A stretch of 64,000 bases of DNA, taken from the IMG/VR virus record IMGVR_UViG_3300042154_002181; one strand, given 5' to 3'. Under the pieces are notes generated by a model, which was given only the letters and a program-made list of their open reading frames with translations, was not told where the DNA came from and ran no database searches. Below are positions 55,187-64,000 of the stretch, piece by piece. The stretch is from an uncultured virus (IMG/VR IMGVR_UViG_3300042154_002181). Lineage: Duplodnaviria > Heunggongvirae > Uroviricota > Caudoviricetes. The position numbers and the translations under genes are program-made. Position 1 is the first letter of the stretch. Every line of letters starts with the position of its first letter.

Positions 55187-56091
55187 TGCCAAGACCAAAA
55201 ATAGACATCAATTATGCTTATCAAAAAGCAGTAAGCTATTCTCAGTATTCTATATATAAACAATGCCAACATCAATGGTACTTAACTTATATAAAGAAAG
55301 AGAGTAGTTTTAAACCGTCTATATATTTAATTTACGGTACTAGTATGCACGAAGTTATACAATCGTATTTGCAAATAATGTATGATAAATCAGGAAAAGC
55401 TGCTGATGATTTAGATCTTAATAAGATGCTAGAAGAAAGACTAGTGGCTAATTATAAAGAGTCTATAGCTGAGAATAAAAATGAACACTTCAGCACTAAA
55501 GAAGAGCTTAAAGAATTCTTAGCAGACGGACAAGCTACTCTAGATTGGTTTAAAAAGAATAGAGCTAAATACTTCTCAAGAAAAACATCTGAGTTAGTAG
55601 GGATAGAAATACCAATTCTGCTTCCTATTTTAGATGACATGCCAAACATTCTAATGAATGGATCTATTGACTTTATCATTTATGAGAAAGCTGTAGACAG
55701 GTATACCATCTATGATATTAAAACGAGTACTAAAGGCTGGTCCGATTATGAAAAGAAGGATCAAACTAAACTGAATCAGATATTACTATATAAAAGATTC
55801 TATTCTAAAGGAATGAATATTCCTGAAGACAAAATAGATGTCAAATTCTTTATAGTAAAAAGAAAAGTATTTAATAGCCCAGACTTTCCTACATATAGAG
55901 TTCAAGAGTTTATACCGGCTAATGGTAAAAAGAAAGTAGAAGATGCAGTCAAAGATATGTCTAGTTTTATAAGAGAGTGTTTTACAGATAAAGCAAAATA
56001 TAGAATAGACAGAGTATACCCTAAAAATTTAAATAGTTGCAAATTCTGTCCTTATACCAATAAGCCAGAACTATGTGATAAAAATAAATAA
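55186..56091 (+). CDS. PD-(D/E)XK exonuclease (Cas4/AddB-like, probable Fe-S cluster)
   Basis: SYSQ...C, G...H, GSID, DIKT, Q..LY, CKFC......C. Confidence 0.85.
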   Translation: MPRPKIDINYAYQKAVSYSQYSIYKQCQHQWYLTYIKKESSFKPSIYLIYGTSMHEVIQSYLQIMYDKSGKAADDLDLNKMLEERLVANYKESIAENKNEHFSTKEELKEFLADGQATLDWFKKNRAKYFSRKTSELVGIEIPILLPILDDMPNILMNGSIDFIIYEKAVDRYTIYDIKTSTKGWSDYEKKDQTKLNQILLYKRFYSKGMNIPEDKIDVKFFIVKRKVFNSPDFPTYRVQEFIPANGKKKVEDAVKDMSSFIRECFTDKAKYRIDRVYPKNLNSCKFCPYTNKPELCDKNK

Positions 56092-56146
56092 AATATTTTT
56101 TATTTACATATTTATTTTGTATTTCTATATATTTATTATAAAATAT

Positions 56147-56365
56147 ATGATTAATAAAACAAAAAGAGTAATAACCTCGGTAAAAATACCGCAGACACTA
56201 TACGAAGATTTTAAAATGACTTCTATAAGAAGTAAAATGAATTTACAGGATATAGTTGAAAGAGCTATGTTTATGTATTTGACAGATTCAAAATTTAGAC
56301 AGACTATTCACGAACAATACAACACGCATTATACTGGATCTAGTATTATTGAAGCAATAAAATAA
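56147..56365 (+). CDS. Small ribbon-helix-helix-like protein
   Basis: TSVKI...LYEDFK....LQ..V.RAM..YL; ATATTTAT upstream. Confidence 0.55.
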   Translation: MINKTKRVITSVKIPQTLYEDFKMTSIRSKMNLQDIVERAMFMYLTDSKFRQTIHEQYNTHYTGSSIIEAIK

Positions 56366-56374
56366 GTTACAAAT

Positions 56375-57817
56375 ATGGTAAATGGTTATATCAAAAAAGA
56401 GGAAAGAAAAAAAATTCTACTCCTATGTGATGACATTAGAATGACATCTGGAATTTCTACAATGGCTAGAGAAATAGTTTTAGGTACTGCGCATAGATTT
56501 AATTGGGTCAATGTAGGTGGCGCAATAAATCACCCAGAACAAGGAAAGAGATTAGATATTTCTCAAGATACAAATGCTATAGCAGGTATTTCTGACGCGT
56601 CTATATTTTTATACCCTACAAATGGATATGGATCTCCAGAGTTAGTTAGGCAACTATTAGAAATGGAGAAGCCTGATGCTATAATGATATTCACAGATCC
56701 TCGTTATTGGGTTTGGTTATTTCAAATGGAAAATGAAATTAGAAAAAAAGTTCCTATTGTCTATTTGAATATTTGGGATGATCTACCGGCTCCCTTATAT
56801 AATAAATCCTACTATGAATCTTGCGATGCATTAATGTCCATATCTAAGCAGACATTCAATATCAATAGAATGGTACTTGGAGATACTGCAAAAAATAAGA
56901 TATTAAAGTATGTACCGCATGGTATTAATGAAAAAGCTTTCTTTCCTATCAATGAATTTATGGTAGAAGAGAATAGGCTTACTCAAGAAAAGAAAAAACA
57001 ATTATTTGGAAACTTTGATCCTGAGTTTATTGTATTTTATAATGCAAGAAACATTAGACGTAAATGTACCTCTGACTTGGTGGCAGCGTATGCTGTATTC
57101 TGTGATAAAATAGGAAAAGAAAAAGCAAGCAAGTGTGCGCTTCTTTTACATACTCAAGTTATGGATGAGAACGGTACAGACTTAAAAGCAGTTTCAGAAT
57201 TATTATGTGATCCTGAATATCAAAAAGTATACTTCTCCGAAGCAAGACTTAATACAGAAGAGGTTAATAGGTTATATAATATATCAGATGTAACGGCATT
57301 AATATCTTCTAATGAAGGATGGGGACTTTCTTTAACTGAAGCAATGATGGCAGGTAAGATGATCATAGCTAATGTTACTGGAGGAATGCAAGATCAAATG
57401 AGATTTGTAGATGAGGATGGCAAGTGGATTGATTTTAACGATAACTTCTGTTCTAATCATTACGGAACTTATAAACAACATGGCGAATGGGCGGTACCAG
57501 TATTTCCTACTAACTTAAGTATTGTAGGATCCATTCCGACTCCTTATATCTTTGATGATCGTTGCGATTTTAGAGACGTAGCTAAAGCTATAGAAGAAGT
57601 TTACAATCTAGGATCAGAAGAAAGACATGTAAGAGGGATGAAAGCTAGAGAATGGGTAACTTCAGATGAATCCATGATGAGTGCTAGAATAATGTGTAAA
57701 AATGTAATTGACACATTTGAAGAGACTTTTGCTACATGGAAACCTAGAAATAACTTTGAATTAATTAAAACAGAAAAACTACCTAGAAAAAAGATTCTAC
57801 ATAAATTAATCTACTAA
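56375..57817 (+). CDS. Glycosyltransferase (GT-B, GT4-like)
   Basis: PHGI, RNIRRK, SNEGWGLSLTEAM..G. Confidence 0.88.
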   Translation: MVNGYIKKEERKKILLLCDDIRMTSGISTMAREIVLGTAHRFNWVNVGGAINHPEQGKRLDISQDTNAIAGISDASIFLYPTNGYGSPELVRQLLEMEKPDAIMIFTDPRYWVWLFQMENEIRKKVPIVYLNIWDDLPAPLYNKSYYESCDALMSISKQTFNINRMVLGDTAKNKILKYVPHGINEKAFFPINEFMVEENRLTQEKKKQLFGNFDPEFIVFYNARNIRRKCTSDLVAAYAVFCDKIGKEKASKCALLLHTQVMDENGTDLKAVSELLCDPEYQKVYFSEARLNTEEVNRLYNISDVTALISSNEGWGLSLTEAMMAGKMIIANVTGGMQDQMRFVDEDGKWIDFNDNFCSNHYGTYKQHGEWAVPVFPTNLSIVGSIPTPYIFDDRCDFRDVAKAIEEVYNLGSEERHVRGMKAREWVTSDESMMSARIMCKNVIDTFEETFATWKPRNNFELIKTEKLPRKKILHKLIY

Positions 57818-57818
57818 T

Positions 57819-59141
57819 ATGAAACAGTTGTGCGTAATATCGTGTCCTATTGACACATACTCAGGTTATGGTGCTAGAGCTAGAGATTTTTTTAAAGCTC
57901 TACATGAATTGAAAAAAGAAGAATATGAATTTATTGTCATAAGCCAACGTTGGGGATCAACTCCTTGGGGATATATTAAAGATAATAAAGCTGATTGGGG
58001 ATGGGTGATCCCAATGATATTTGCGGGCGCACAACTTCCTAAACAACCGGATATTTGGATTCAAATAACAGTACCTAATGAATTTCAACCACTAGGAAAA
58101 CATAATATTGGAATAACTGCAGGTATTGAAACTACTATATGCGATGCTACTTGGATAGAAGGAGTAAATAGAATGAATCTTACTTTAGTATCATCAAAAC
58201 ATGCAAAGTCAGTATTCGAATCATCTAAATTTGAAAAGAAAGATACCGCAACAGGACAAACTCAGTTAGTTAAACTAGAAAAACCTGTTGAAGTATTATT
58301 TGAAGGATTAGATTTAGATCGGTATTTTCATATAGAAGATGAAGACATAGAAGCCACTGAATTGGTATCTGCTCTTGATGAAATAAAAGAAGAGTTCTGT
58401 TATTTGTTTGTAGGACATTGGTTACAAGGAGATATGGGAGAGGATAGAAAAAATGTCCCTCTTATGATCAAAACATTCTTAGAAACATTTAAAGATAAAA
58501 AGAATAAACCAGCTCTTATTATAAAGACTTCTGGTGCAGGCTCAAGTATTATGGATCGAGATGAAATCTTAAGAAAATTAGACATTATAAAATCAACAGT
58601 ATCAGGAAATCTTCCTAATATATACTTATTACACGGTGAATTAGATGATAAAGATATTAATGATCTTTACAATCATGGAAAAGTTAAAGCTATGTTTAAT
58701 CTAACTAAAGGTGAAGGCTTTGGTAGACCGCTACTTGAATTTACTATGGCTAAAAAACCGATCATAGTATCAGGTTGGTCAGGACATACTGATTTTTTAA
58801 ATCAAGAATATACATGTTTAGTACAAGGACAACTAACAAATGTACATCCATCAGCTCAAGTACCAAATATGATCTTAGCAGAGTCTAAATGGTTTAGCGC
58901 TGATATTAATCAAGCTGTACATTATTTAAAAGATGTCTACGAAAAATATGAAAAGTATCAAGAGTTAGCTAAAAGACAATCTCATTTATCAAAAACAAAC
59001 TTTAGTTTTACAGAAATGAAAAAGTTATTAGGAACTTATTTAGATGTTATTCCTAAACAAGAGCCTTTAAAACTTCCGCAACTTAAGAAGATAGAACTTC
59101 CAAAACTTAATAAGATAGAACTTCCAAAACTTAATAAGTAA
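57819..59141 (+). CDS. Glycosyltransferase (GT-B, GT4-like)
   Basis: SGYG, DRKN, KGEGFGRPLLE, WSGH.DFL; C-terminal 24-nt tandem repeat (KIELPKLN). Confidence 0.88.
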   Translation: MKQLCVISCPIDTYSGYGARARDFFKALHELKKEEYEFIVISQRWGSTPWGYIKDNKADWGWVIPMIFAGAQLPKQPDIWIQITVPNEFQPLGKHNIGITAGIETTICDATWIEGVNRMNLTLVSSKHAKSVFESSKFEKKDTATGQTQLVKLEKPVEVLFEGLDLDRYFHIEDEDIEATELVSALDEIKEEFCYLFVGHWLQGDMGEDRKNVPLMIKTFLETFKDKKNKPALIIKTSGAGSSIMDRDEILRKLDIIKSTVSGNLPNIYLLHGELDDKDINDLYNHGKVKAMFNLTKGEGFGRPLLEFTMAKKPIIVSGWSGHTDFLNQEYTCLVQGQLTNVHPSAQVPNMILAESKWFSADINQAVHYLKDVYEKYEKYQELAKRQSHLSKTNFSFTEMKKLLGTYLDVIPKQEPLKLPQLKKIELPKLNKIELPKLNK

Positions 59142-59518
59142 TGAATAGTATAGAATTTGTATTATGGCTAAAAGGTTTTACAGAAGCTTGTGAAGGCTTA
59201 ACTGCAACTCCTAAACAATGGAATAGAATTAAAGATGCACTAAGTGGCGTAGAAGATTCATATGACGAAGATAAAGAGGCTTGGGATGATTGGTATCATA
59301 CACCTAATCCAATAAGCAACATACCACTAAATGGATCTATGAACACATCAGGATCTTTAAATACATCAGGATCTTTAGGAGTCTCGAATACTCATACATC
59401 TATGGTCTGGAATGATAAAATGGCAGCTTGGCATTATACTAATTACCCAGACGGTTTTGGATATTATACAAATAGTAGTGCAGAAAGTAAAAATAAAAAA
59501 CAACAACTCAATGACTGA
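59141..59518 (+). CDS. Hypothetical protein
   Basis: M...EFV.WLKGF...T.KQW..IK..L. Confidence 0.55.
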   Translation: MNSIEFVLWLKGFTEACEGLTATPKQWNRIKDALSGVEDSYDEDKEAWDDWYHTPNPISNIPLNGSMNTSGSLNTSGSLGVSNTHTSMVWNDKMAAWHYTNYPDGFGYYTNSSAESKNKKQQLND

Positions 59519-59963
59519 TAATTTAATAACATGCCCTAAATGTGGGGTTCAAGAATCTTGCTACGTAATACCTATAAATGAATTTCACAATTCATATGTT
59601 TGTTTTAATTGTGGTTTTCAAACAAGTGACTTAATGCGTCAAGGTGAATTTGACTTCAATGAGTATGAGAAAGAACTTCCAGAGTTATATAAAGACATTA
59701 AACACGTAGACGAAGAAGGAAGAGTTTGGTATCCTCATATCATTAATCTAGAAGGCAAAGGCACGGTGTTTGCTAATGGATCTTCTAAAGATGATTGGCA
59801 GTGGAGTGCTATCAAATCTGTTTCACTTACAGAAGAGGAAAAAGAAAGCACTAGGTTTAAAGGAAAGACATCCAAGTCAGATTCTAAAACACTTCAAAAC
59901 TTTGGTAAAGATTATTTTGAAGCATGTGACTATATTGGATTCTTTGATGTGCAACTAAACTAA
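59511..59963 (+). CDS. Zn-ribbon-containing hypothetical protein
   Basis: CPKC...CFNCGF; ATG 59511 preferred. Confidence 0.6.
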   Translation: MTDNLITCPKCGVQESCYVIPINEFHNSYVCFNCGFQTSDLMRQGEFDFNEYEKELPELYKDIKHVDEEGRVWYPHIINLEGKGTVFANGSSKDDWQWSAIKSVSLTEEEKESTRFKGKTSKSDSKTLQNFGKDYFEACDYIGFFDVQLN

Positions 59964-59968
59964 ATGTT

Positions 59969-60586
59969 ATGAAAATTTCATACGCTATTCCTGTATGCTA
60001 TGAGCATGAGGAATTAAATAGATTATTGACTCTATTAGCAAATAATAAAAGACCTGAGGATGAGATCGTAGTTCAAGCTGATCTAGGAAATACTACCAAG
60101 GAAGTCTATGAAGTAATTGATAAATTTAAAAATCAAATCAAGCTTATTGAATATCCTTTGAAAGGAAACTTTGGTCAATTCAAAAACAATCTTAAAAAGA
60201 ATTGCTTAGGAGATTGGATATTTCAAATTGATGCTGATGAATACTTCAAAGAAGAGTTCATACAAAATCTACACTTGATACTAAATGAGAATCCTACTGT
60301 AGAAGTTTTTTTACTAGCAAGAATAAATACCGTAGAAGGAATAACTAAAGAGCATATAAATCAGTGGAAGTGGAATGTAAATGAGAAAGGTTGGGTAAAT
60401 TTTCCAGACCTACAACCAAGAATTCTCCAGAACTCACCCAAGATCAATTGGGCTAACAAGGTTCATGAGGTTTTAGTCGGGCATACAAAGTATTCATTTT
60501 TTCCTTTCGATGAAGAATATTGCATCATTCATCATAAAACTATAAAAAGGCAAGAGTACCAAAATGAATTATACTCTATACTATAA
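59969..60586 (+). CDS. Glycosyltransferase family 2
   Basis: ISYAIP, WIFQIDADE, VHE. Confidence 0.88.
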   Translation: MKISYAIPVCYEHEELNRLLTLLANNKRPEDEIVVQADLGNTTKEVYEVIDKFKNQIKLIEYPLKGNFGQFKNNLKKNCLGDWIFQIDADEYFKEEFIQNLHLILNENPTVEVFLLARINTVEGITKEHINQWKWNVNEKGWVNFPDLQPRILQNSPKINWANKVHEVLVGHTKYSFFPFDEEYCIIHHKTIKRQEYQNELYSIL

Positions 60587-60649
60587 AGATTAATTTTAAA
60601 TGAAACAAAAAATTTTTTATATTTAATAAAGATCACAAATAATATAGTT

Positions 60650-61963
60650 ATGAAAGAACTATTAGAATTAGTAGAGAAGTTCATTAATGAAAAACATAAA
60701 GAAAAAACTTGGAAAGCTGGTGAAGATTGGGTACAGTATGCAGGACCTTACTTTGATTCTAAAGAATATGTAGCAGCAGTTAAAAGCTTACTTAGTGAGT
60801 GGCTTGTATTAGGTGCTGATGCAAATAAGTTTGAAACTAAATTCCCAAAGAAGTTTGGTAAAGATTATGGACTGTTGACCAATTCAGGATCTAGCGCTAA
60901 CTTACTTATGATGTTAGCATTGACTTCTAAGAGAGGTTTAAATCTTCCTAAAGGCACAAAAGTAATTACACCTATCGCAGGTTTTCCAACAACAATCAAT
61001 CCTATTTTACAAGTAGGATTTACTCCTGTGTTTGTAGACATCGAATTAGAAACATTAAACTTAGATCTAGACCAAGTAGAAAAAGCTTGTATAGACAATC
61101 CAGATGTTAAAATAATTACATTTGCTCACGTATTAGGAAATCCTCCTAATATAAATAGATTGATGGAAATAGTTGAGAAGTATAAACTAATCCTATTAGA
61201 AGATTGTTGTGATGCTTTAGGATCATACTATGAAGGAAAACCTTTAGGATCATTCGGCGAATTAGCAAGTTGCTCATTCTATCCAGCACATCATATGACT
61301 ATGGGTGAAGGTGGTTTTGTTGCATGTAAAGATGAGAATACCGAAAGAATTATTCGTAGCTTTAGAGAGTGGGGTAGAGGCTGTTATTGTATAGGCAAAC
61401 AAAACCTATTAGAGAAAGGATCTTGCGGTTGTCGCTTCAATACATGGCTACCATCGCTGCCAAATGATTTGTTTGATCACAAATATGTTTATGAAGAAAT
61501 AGGTTATAATTTGAAACCTATTGAGCTCCAAGCATCAATCGCATTAGTTCAAATGGAGAAGCTTGAAGAAATAGGACAAAAGCGTAGAGAGAATTACAAA
61601 AATCTATTTGCTGCCTTTAGTAAGTATAAACAATATTTTCATTTACATGAAGCACAACCAGGAGCTGATGTTGATTGGTTTGCTTTTCCAATAACAGTTA
61701 GAGATGGAGCACCATTCAAAAGATCAGATATCTGTCAATTCTTTGAAGCAAATAAAGTACAAACTAGACCTTACTTCGCAGGTAATATTATGCTTCAACC
61801 CGCTTATGAAGGACTTATGGATCCACAAGAAGTACTTACGAAGTATCCGGTTGCAAGAAAAGTTACAACAGATACATTCTTCTTAGGAACATCTCCGGTT
61901 ATTGATAAAGATAAAATTGATTATATAGAAATTATTCTAGATAGATTTATTAACAGATTATGA
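60650..61963 (+). CDS. rfbH: CDP-4-keto-6-deoxyglucose 3-dehydrase-like (DegT/RfbH family)
   Basis: NSGSSANL, EDCCDALG, SFYPAHHMTMGEGG (His in place of Lys), WGR.C.C...C..RF, DHKY. Confidence 0.88.
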   Translation: MKELLELVEKFINEKHKEKTWKAGEDWVQYAGPYFDSKEYVAAVKSLLSEWLVLGADANKFETKFPKKFGKDYGLLTNSGSSANLLMMLALTSKRGLNLPKGTKVITPIAGFPTTINPILQVGFTPVFVDIELETLNLDLDQVEKACIDNPDVKIITFAHVLGNPPNINRLMEIVEKYKLILLEDCCDALGSYYEGKPLGSFGELASCSFYPAHHMTMGEGGFVACKDENTERIIRSFREWGRGCYCIGKQNLLEKGSCGCRFNTWLPSLPNDLFDHKYVYEEIGYNLKPIELQASIALVQMEKLEEIGQKRRENYKNLFAAFSKYKQYFHLHEAQPGADVDWFAFPITVRDGAPFKRSDICQFFEANKVQTRPYFAGNIMLQPAYEGLMDPQEVLTKYPVARKVTTDTFFLGTSPVIDKDKIDYIEIILDRFINRL

Positions 61964-62943
61964 AAATAGCTTTTTTAACTGAGATGGGTTTTGAAGGAAA
62001 GATTCCTGTAGATCATTATAATATGAGGACAGAGTTTGCTTGGATGTATGCACTAGATGCAGATCACAGACATCTTTACCATTATGCAGAGATTCAGGAA
62101 TATGATCATGTTTTCATCATCTTTCCAAAAGGACAAATTAATTACAGTACTATAGGAGTTAAGTTAGGTGACATACCTAATCCTCATTCTCAATTACTTG
62201 CTAGTGATTGGCTACTTAAGTTAAAAGCTAATAATAAAAAAGTATATTACGTACAGGAAGGTCCTCATTGGATGTTTACTGAGCTAGAGATATCAGACCA
62301 GATCCATTTCTATAATATGCTTACATCAGTTGATATGATATTTGCTCACAATAATAGTGATGTAAAGTATTACGCGGGTTTAGTTCCTAATACTCCTATT
62401 AAAACTATTCCTAGCTTAATGATAGAAGATACTATTCTAAATGTAGAATGGAAGCCTGAAGATAAAGCTATCATAGGAGGTAACTTTGCAAGATGGTATG
62501 GAGGGTTTGAAAGCTACGTAGTAGCTCAAGAATTTCAAGTACCTATTTGGGGACAAACTTCTCATGCTAAGAAAATCCTGGAAGATCAATTAATACTACC
62601 CTTACCTAGAGTAATGTGGACAGAATGGATTCAGCAATTAAGTACCTTTAAATATGCAGTACACTTAATGCCAACAGTAGCAGCAGGTACTTTCGTTTTA
62701 AACTGTTCTTACTTAGGTATACCATGCATAGGAAATATAGAAGTTGATACTCAAATGCGGTGTCAAAAAGACTTAGCTGTGGACATAGCCGATGTAGAGT
62801 CAGCAAGACAATTAGCTAAAAGACTTGTTGAAGATAAAAGCTTTTATCATAGATGTAGTGAAGATGCAAAACACTATTATAATAAGGAGTATTCATTAGA
62901 TTCTTGGAAAAGAAAAATGTTTAAAATATTAAATTTTATATAA
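61960..62943 (+). CDS. Putative glycosyltransferase (GT-B-like)
   Basis: AAGTF.LNC.YLGIPCIG; located within the sugar cluster. Confidence 0.55.
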   Translation: MKIAFLTEMGFEGKIPVDHYNMRTEFAWMYALDADHRHLYHYAEIQEYDHVFIIFPKGQINYSTIGVKLGDIPNPHSQLLASDWLLKLKANNKKVYYVQEGPHWMFTELEISDQIHFYNMLTSVDMIFAHNNSDVKYYAGLVPNTPIKTIPSLMIEDTILNVEWKPEDKAIIGGNFARWYGGFESYVVAQEFQVPIWGQTSHAKKILEDQLILPLPRVMWTEWIQQLSTFKYAVHLMPTVAAGTFVLNCSYLGIPCIGNIEVDTQMRCQKDLAVDIADVESARQLAKRLVEDKSFYHRCSEDAKHYYNKEYSLDSWKRKMFKILNFI

Positions 62944-63966
62944 ATGAAAACAGCATTAGTATTAGGAGCTGGTGGATTCATTGGCTCACATTTAGTAAGA
63001 AAATTAAAAGAGGAAGGATTTTGGGTTCGCGGTGTAGACTTAAAGTATCCTGAGTTTTCTAAAACAGCAGCTGATGACTTTGTTATTGGCGACTTAAGAG
63101 ATCCTAGAGTAGTAAATAATATTATGCTATTGGAATCGAATAACGGAGAATATCCTTTAGAGTACTCTATTCAATCACCTCGTCCGTTTATACAGCATAT
63201 GCAATGGGATGAAGTATATCAATTAGCAGCCGATATGGGTGGTGCAGGATATATTTTTACAGGTGAGAATGATGCTAATGTAATGCATAACTCTGCTACA
63301 ATTAATTTAAATGTTGTTGAAGCAGCTGTAAGACACAAAGTAAAGCGTGTATTCTATAGCTCATCTGCTTGTATGTATCCTGAACATAATCAGTTAAATC
63401 CTGAGAATCCAAACTGCGAAGAGAGTTCAGCTTATCCAGCTAATCCAGATTCAGAGTATGGATGGGAAAAATTATTTAGTGAGAGGTTGTACTTAGCATT
63501 TGCTAGAAACTACGGCTTAGAAGTTCGTATAGCTAGATTCCATAATATATTTGGACCAGAAGGTACATATAAAGGAGGCAAAGAAAAAGCACCTGCTGCT
63601 ATATGCCGTAAAGTTGCAGAAACTTTAGAGGGAGGTGAGATTGAAGTATGGGGTGATGGTTTGCAGACTAGAAGCTTTTTATACGTAGATGAGTGTGTTA
63701 AAGGTGTACTAAAGTTAATAAGATCAGACTTCGAAGGACCAGTTAACATTGGAAGTGAAGAGATGGTTACTATTAATGAATTAGCTCAATATGCAATAGA
63801 TATTAGCGGTAAGAAAATAACTATTAAGAATATTCCAGGGCCTACAGGAGTTAGAGGTAGGAATTCTGATAATAAATTAATTGAAGAGAAATTAGATTGG
63901 GTACCAAATTACTCATTGTACGAAGGTTTAATACATACTTATGAGTGGATCAGAAAACAAATATGA
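62944..63966 (+). CDS. NAD-dependent epimerase, GDP-mannose 3,5-epimerase-like
   Basis: GAGGFIG, LAADMGG.G.I, SSSAC.YP, YGWEK, RFHNIFGP, GREKAP-like GKEKAP, GVRGRNSDN. Confidence 0.9.
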   Translation: MKTALVLGAGGFIGSHLVRKLKEEGFWVRGVDLKYPEFSKTAADDFVIGDLRDPRVVNNIMLLESNNGEYPLEYSIQSPRPFIQHMQWDEVYQLAADMGGAGYIFTGENDANVMHNSATINLNVVEAAVRHKVKRVFYSSSACMYPEHNQLNPENPNCEESSAYPANPDSEYGWEKLFSERLYLAFARNYGLEVRIARFHNIFGPEGTYKGGKEKAPAAICRKVAETLEGGEIEVWGDGLQTRSFLYVDECVKGVLKLIRSDFEGPVNIGSEEMVTINELAQYAIDISGKKITIKNIPGPTGVRGRNSDNKLIEEKLDWVPNYSLYEGLIHTYEWIRKQI

Positions 63967-64000
63967 TTATCTAATAGTTGGAGCTGGTTTCTTTGGAGCT
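63941..64000 (+). CDS. FAD-binding protein start, probably UDP-galactopyranose mutase (truncated by window edge)
   Basis: MSGSENKYDYLIVGAGFFGA dinucleotide-binding motif; sugar-cluster context. Confidence 0.5.
   Translation, partial: MSGSENKYDYLIVGAGFFGA

Noticed and set aside
55186..56091. Cas4-like nuclease as evidence of a CRISPR system
   Set aside because: No repeat-spacer array or other cas genes are seen; stand-alone Cas4-like exonucleases are common in phages.
59070..59141. Tandem repeat at the end of the glycosyltransferase gene as a CRISPR or regulatory array
   Set aside because: It is an in-frame 24-nt coding duplication (KIELPKLN) without spacers.
1223..63749. Minus-strand ORFs in the track
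   Set aside because: All are short, lie antisense to convincing + strand genes or RNAs and have no recognisable motifs; treated as shadow ORFs.
1..64000. Alternative genetic code (stop-codon reassignment)
   Set aside because: Conserved genes are full length in the standard code, TAA, TAG and TGA all end genes at sensible positions, and no suppressor tRNA is seen.

Overview
This window is part of a large, AT-rich, lytic-type myovirus (T4-like tail and replication genes), with essentially all genes on the + strand. The host is most likely a Bacteroidetes species (inference from the absence of Shine-Dalgarno motifs and from Bacteroidetes-type TonB receptor, lipoproteins and D-(S/T)-x glycosylation motifs). 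Gene order: tail/baseplate (1-12.9 kb); replication (short PolA-like protein, SSB, RecA, 5'-3' exonuclease, DnaB, class II RNR, full PolA); a free-standing GIY-YIG nuclease; Hsp20-GroES-GroEL; a probable thymidine-hypermodification and nucleotide cluster; a DUF1501 Tat protein; a ~11 kb cell-envelope island (secreted nuclease, CsgG-like proteins, cohesin/dockerin-like protein, GH19 endolysin, TonB-dependent receptor plus lipoprotein); tmRNA, tRNAs and a greatly expanded tRNA-like RNA; then glycosyltransferase and NDP-sugar genes. The most striking unexplained signals are: (1) a two-hairpin RNA with exactly complementary 7-nt loops directly upstream of the GIY-YIG nuclease; (2) the 156-nt tRNA-like RNA; (3) the phage-encoded outer-membrane module; (4) the hypermodification cluster; (5) a long-range inverted repeat bracketing hsp20; (6) a CCC-TAA +1 frameshift candidate before the tape measure gene. 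All family calls come from reading motifs by eye; no database searches were run.
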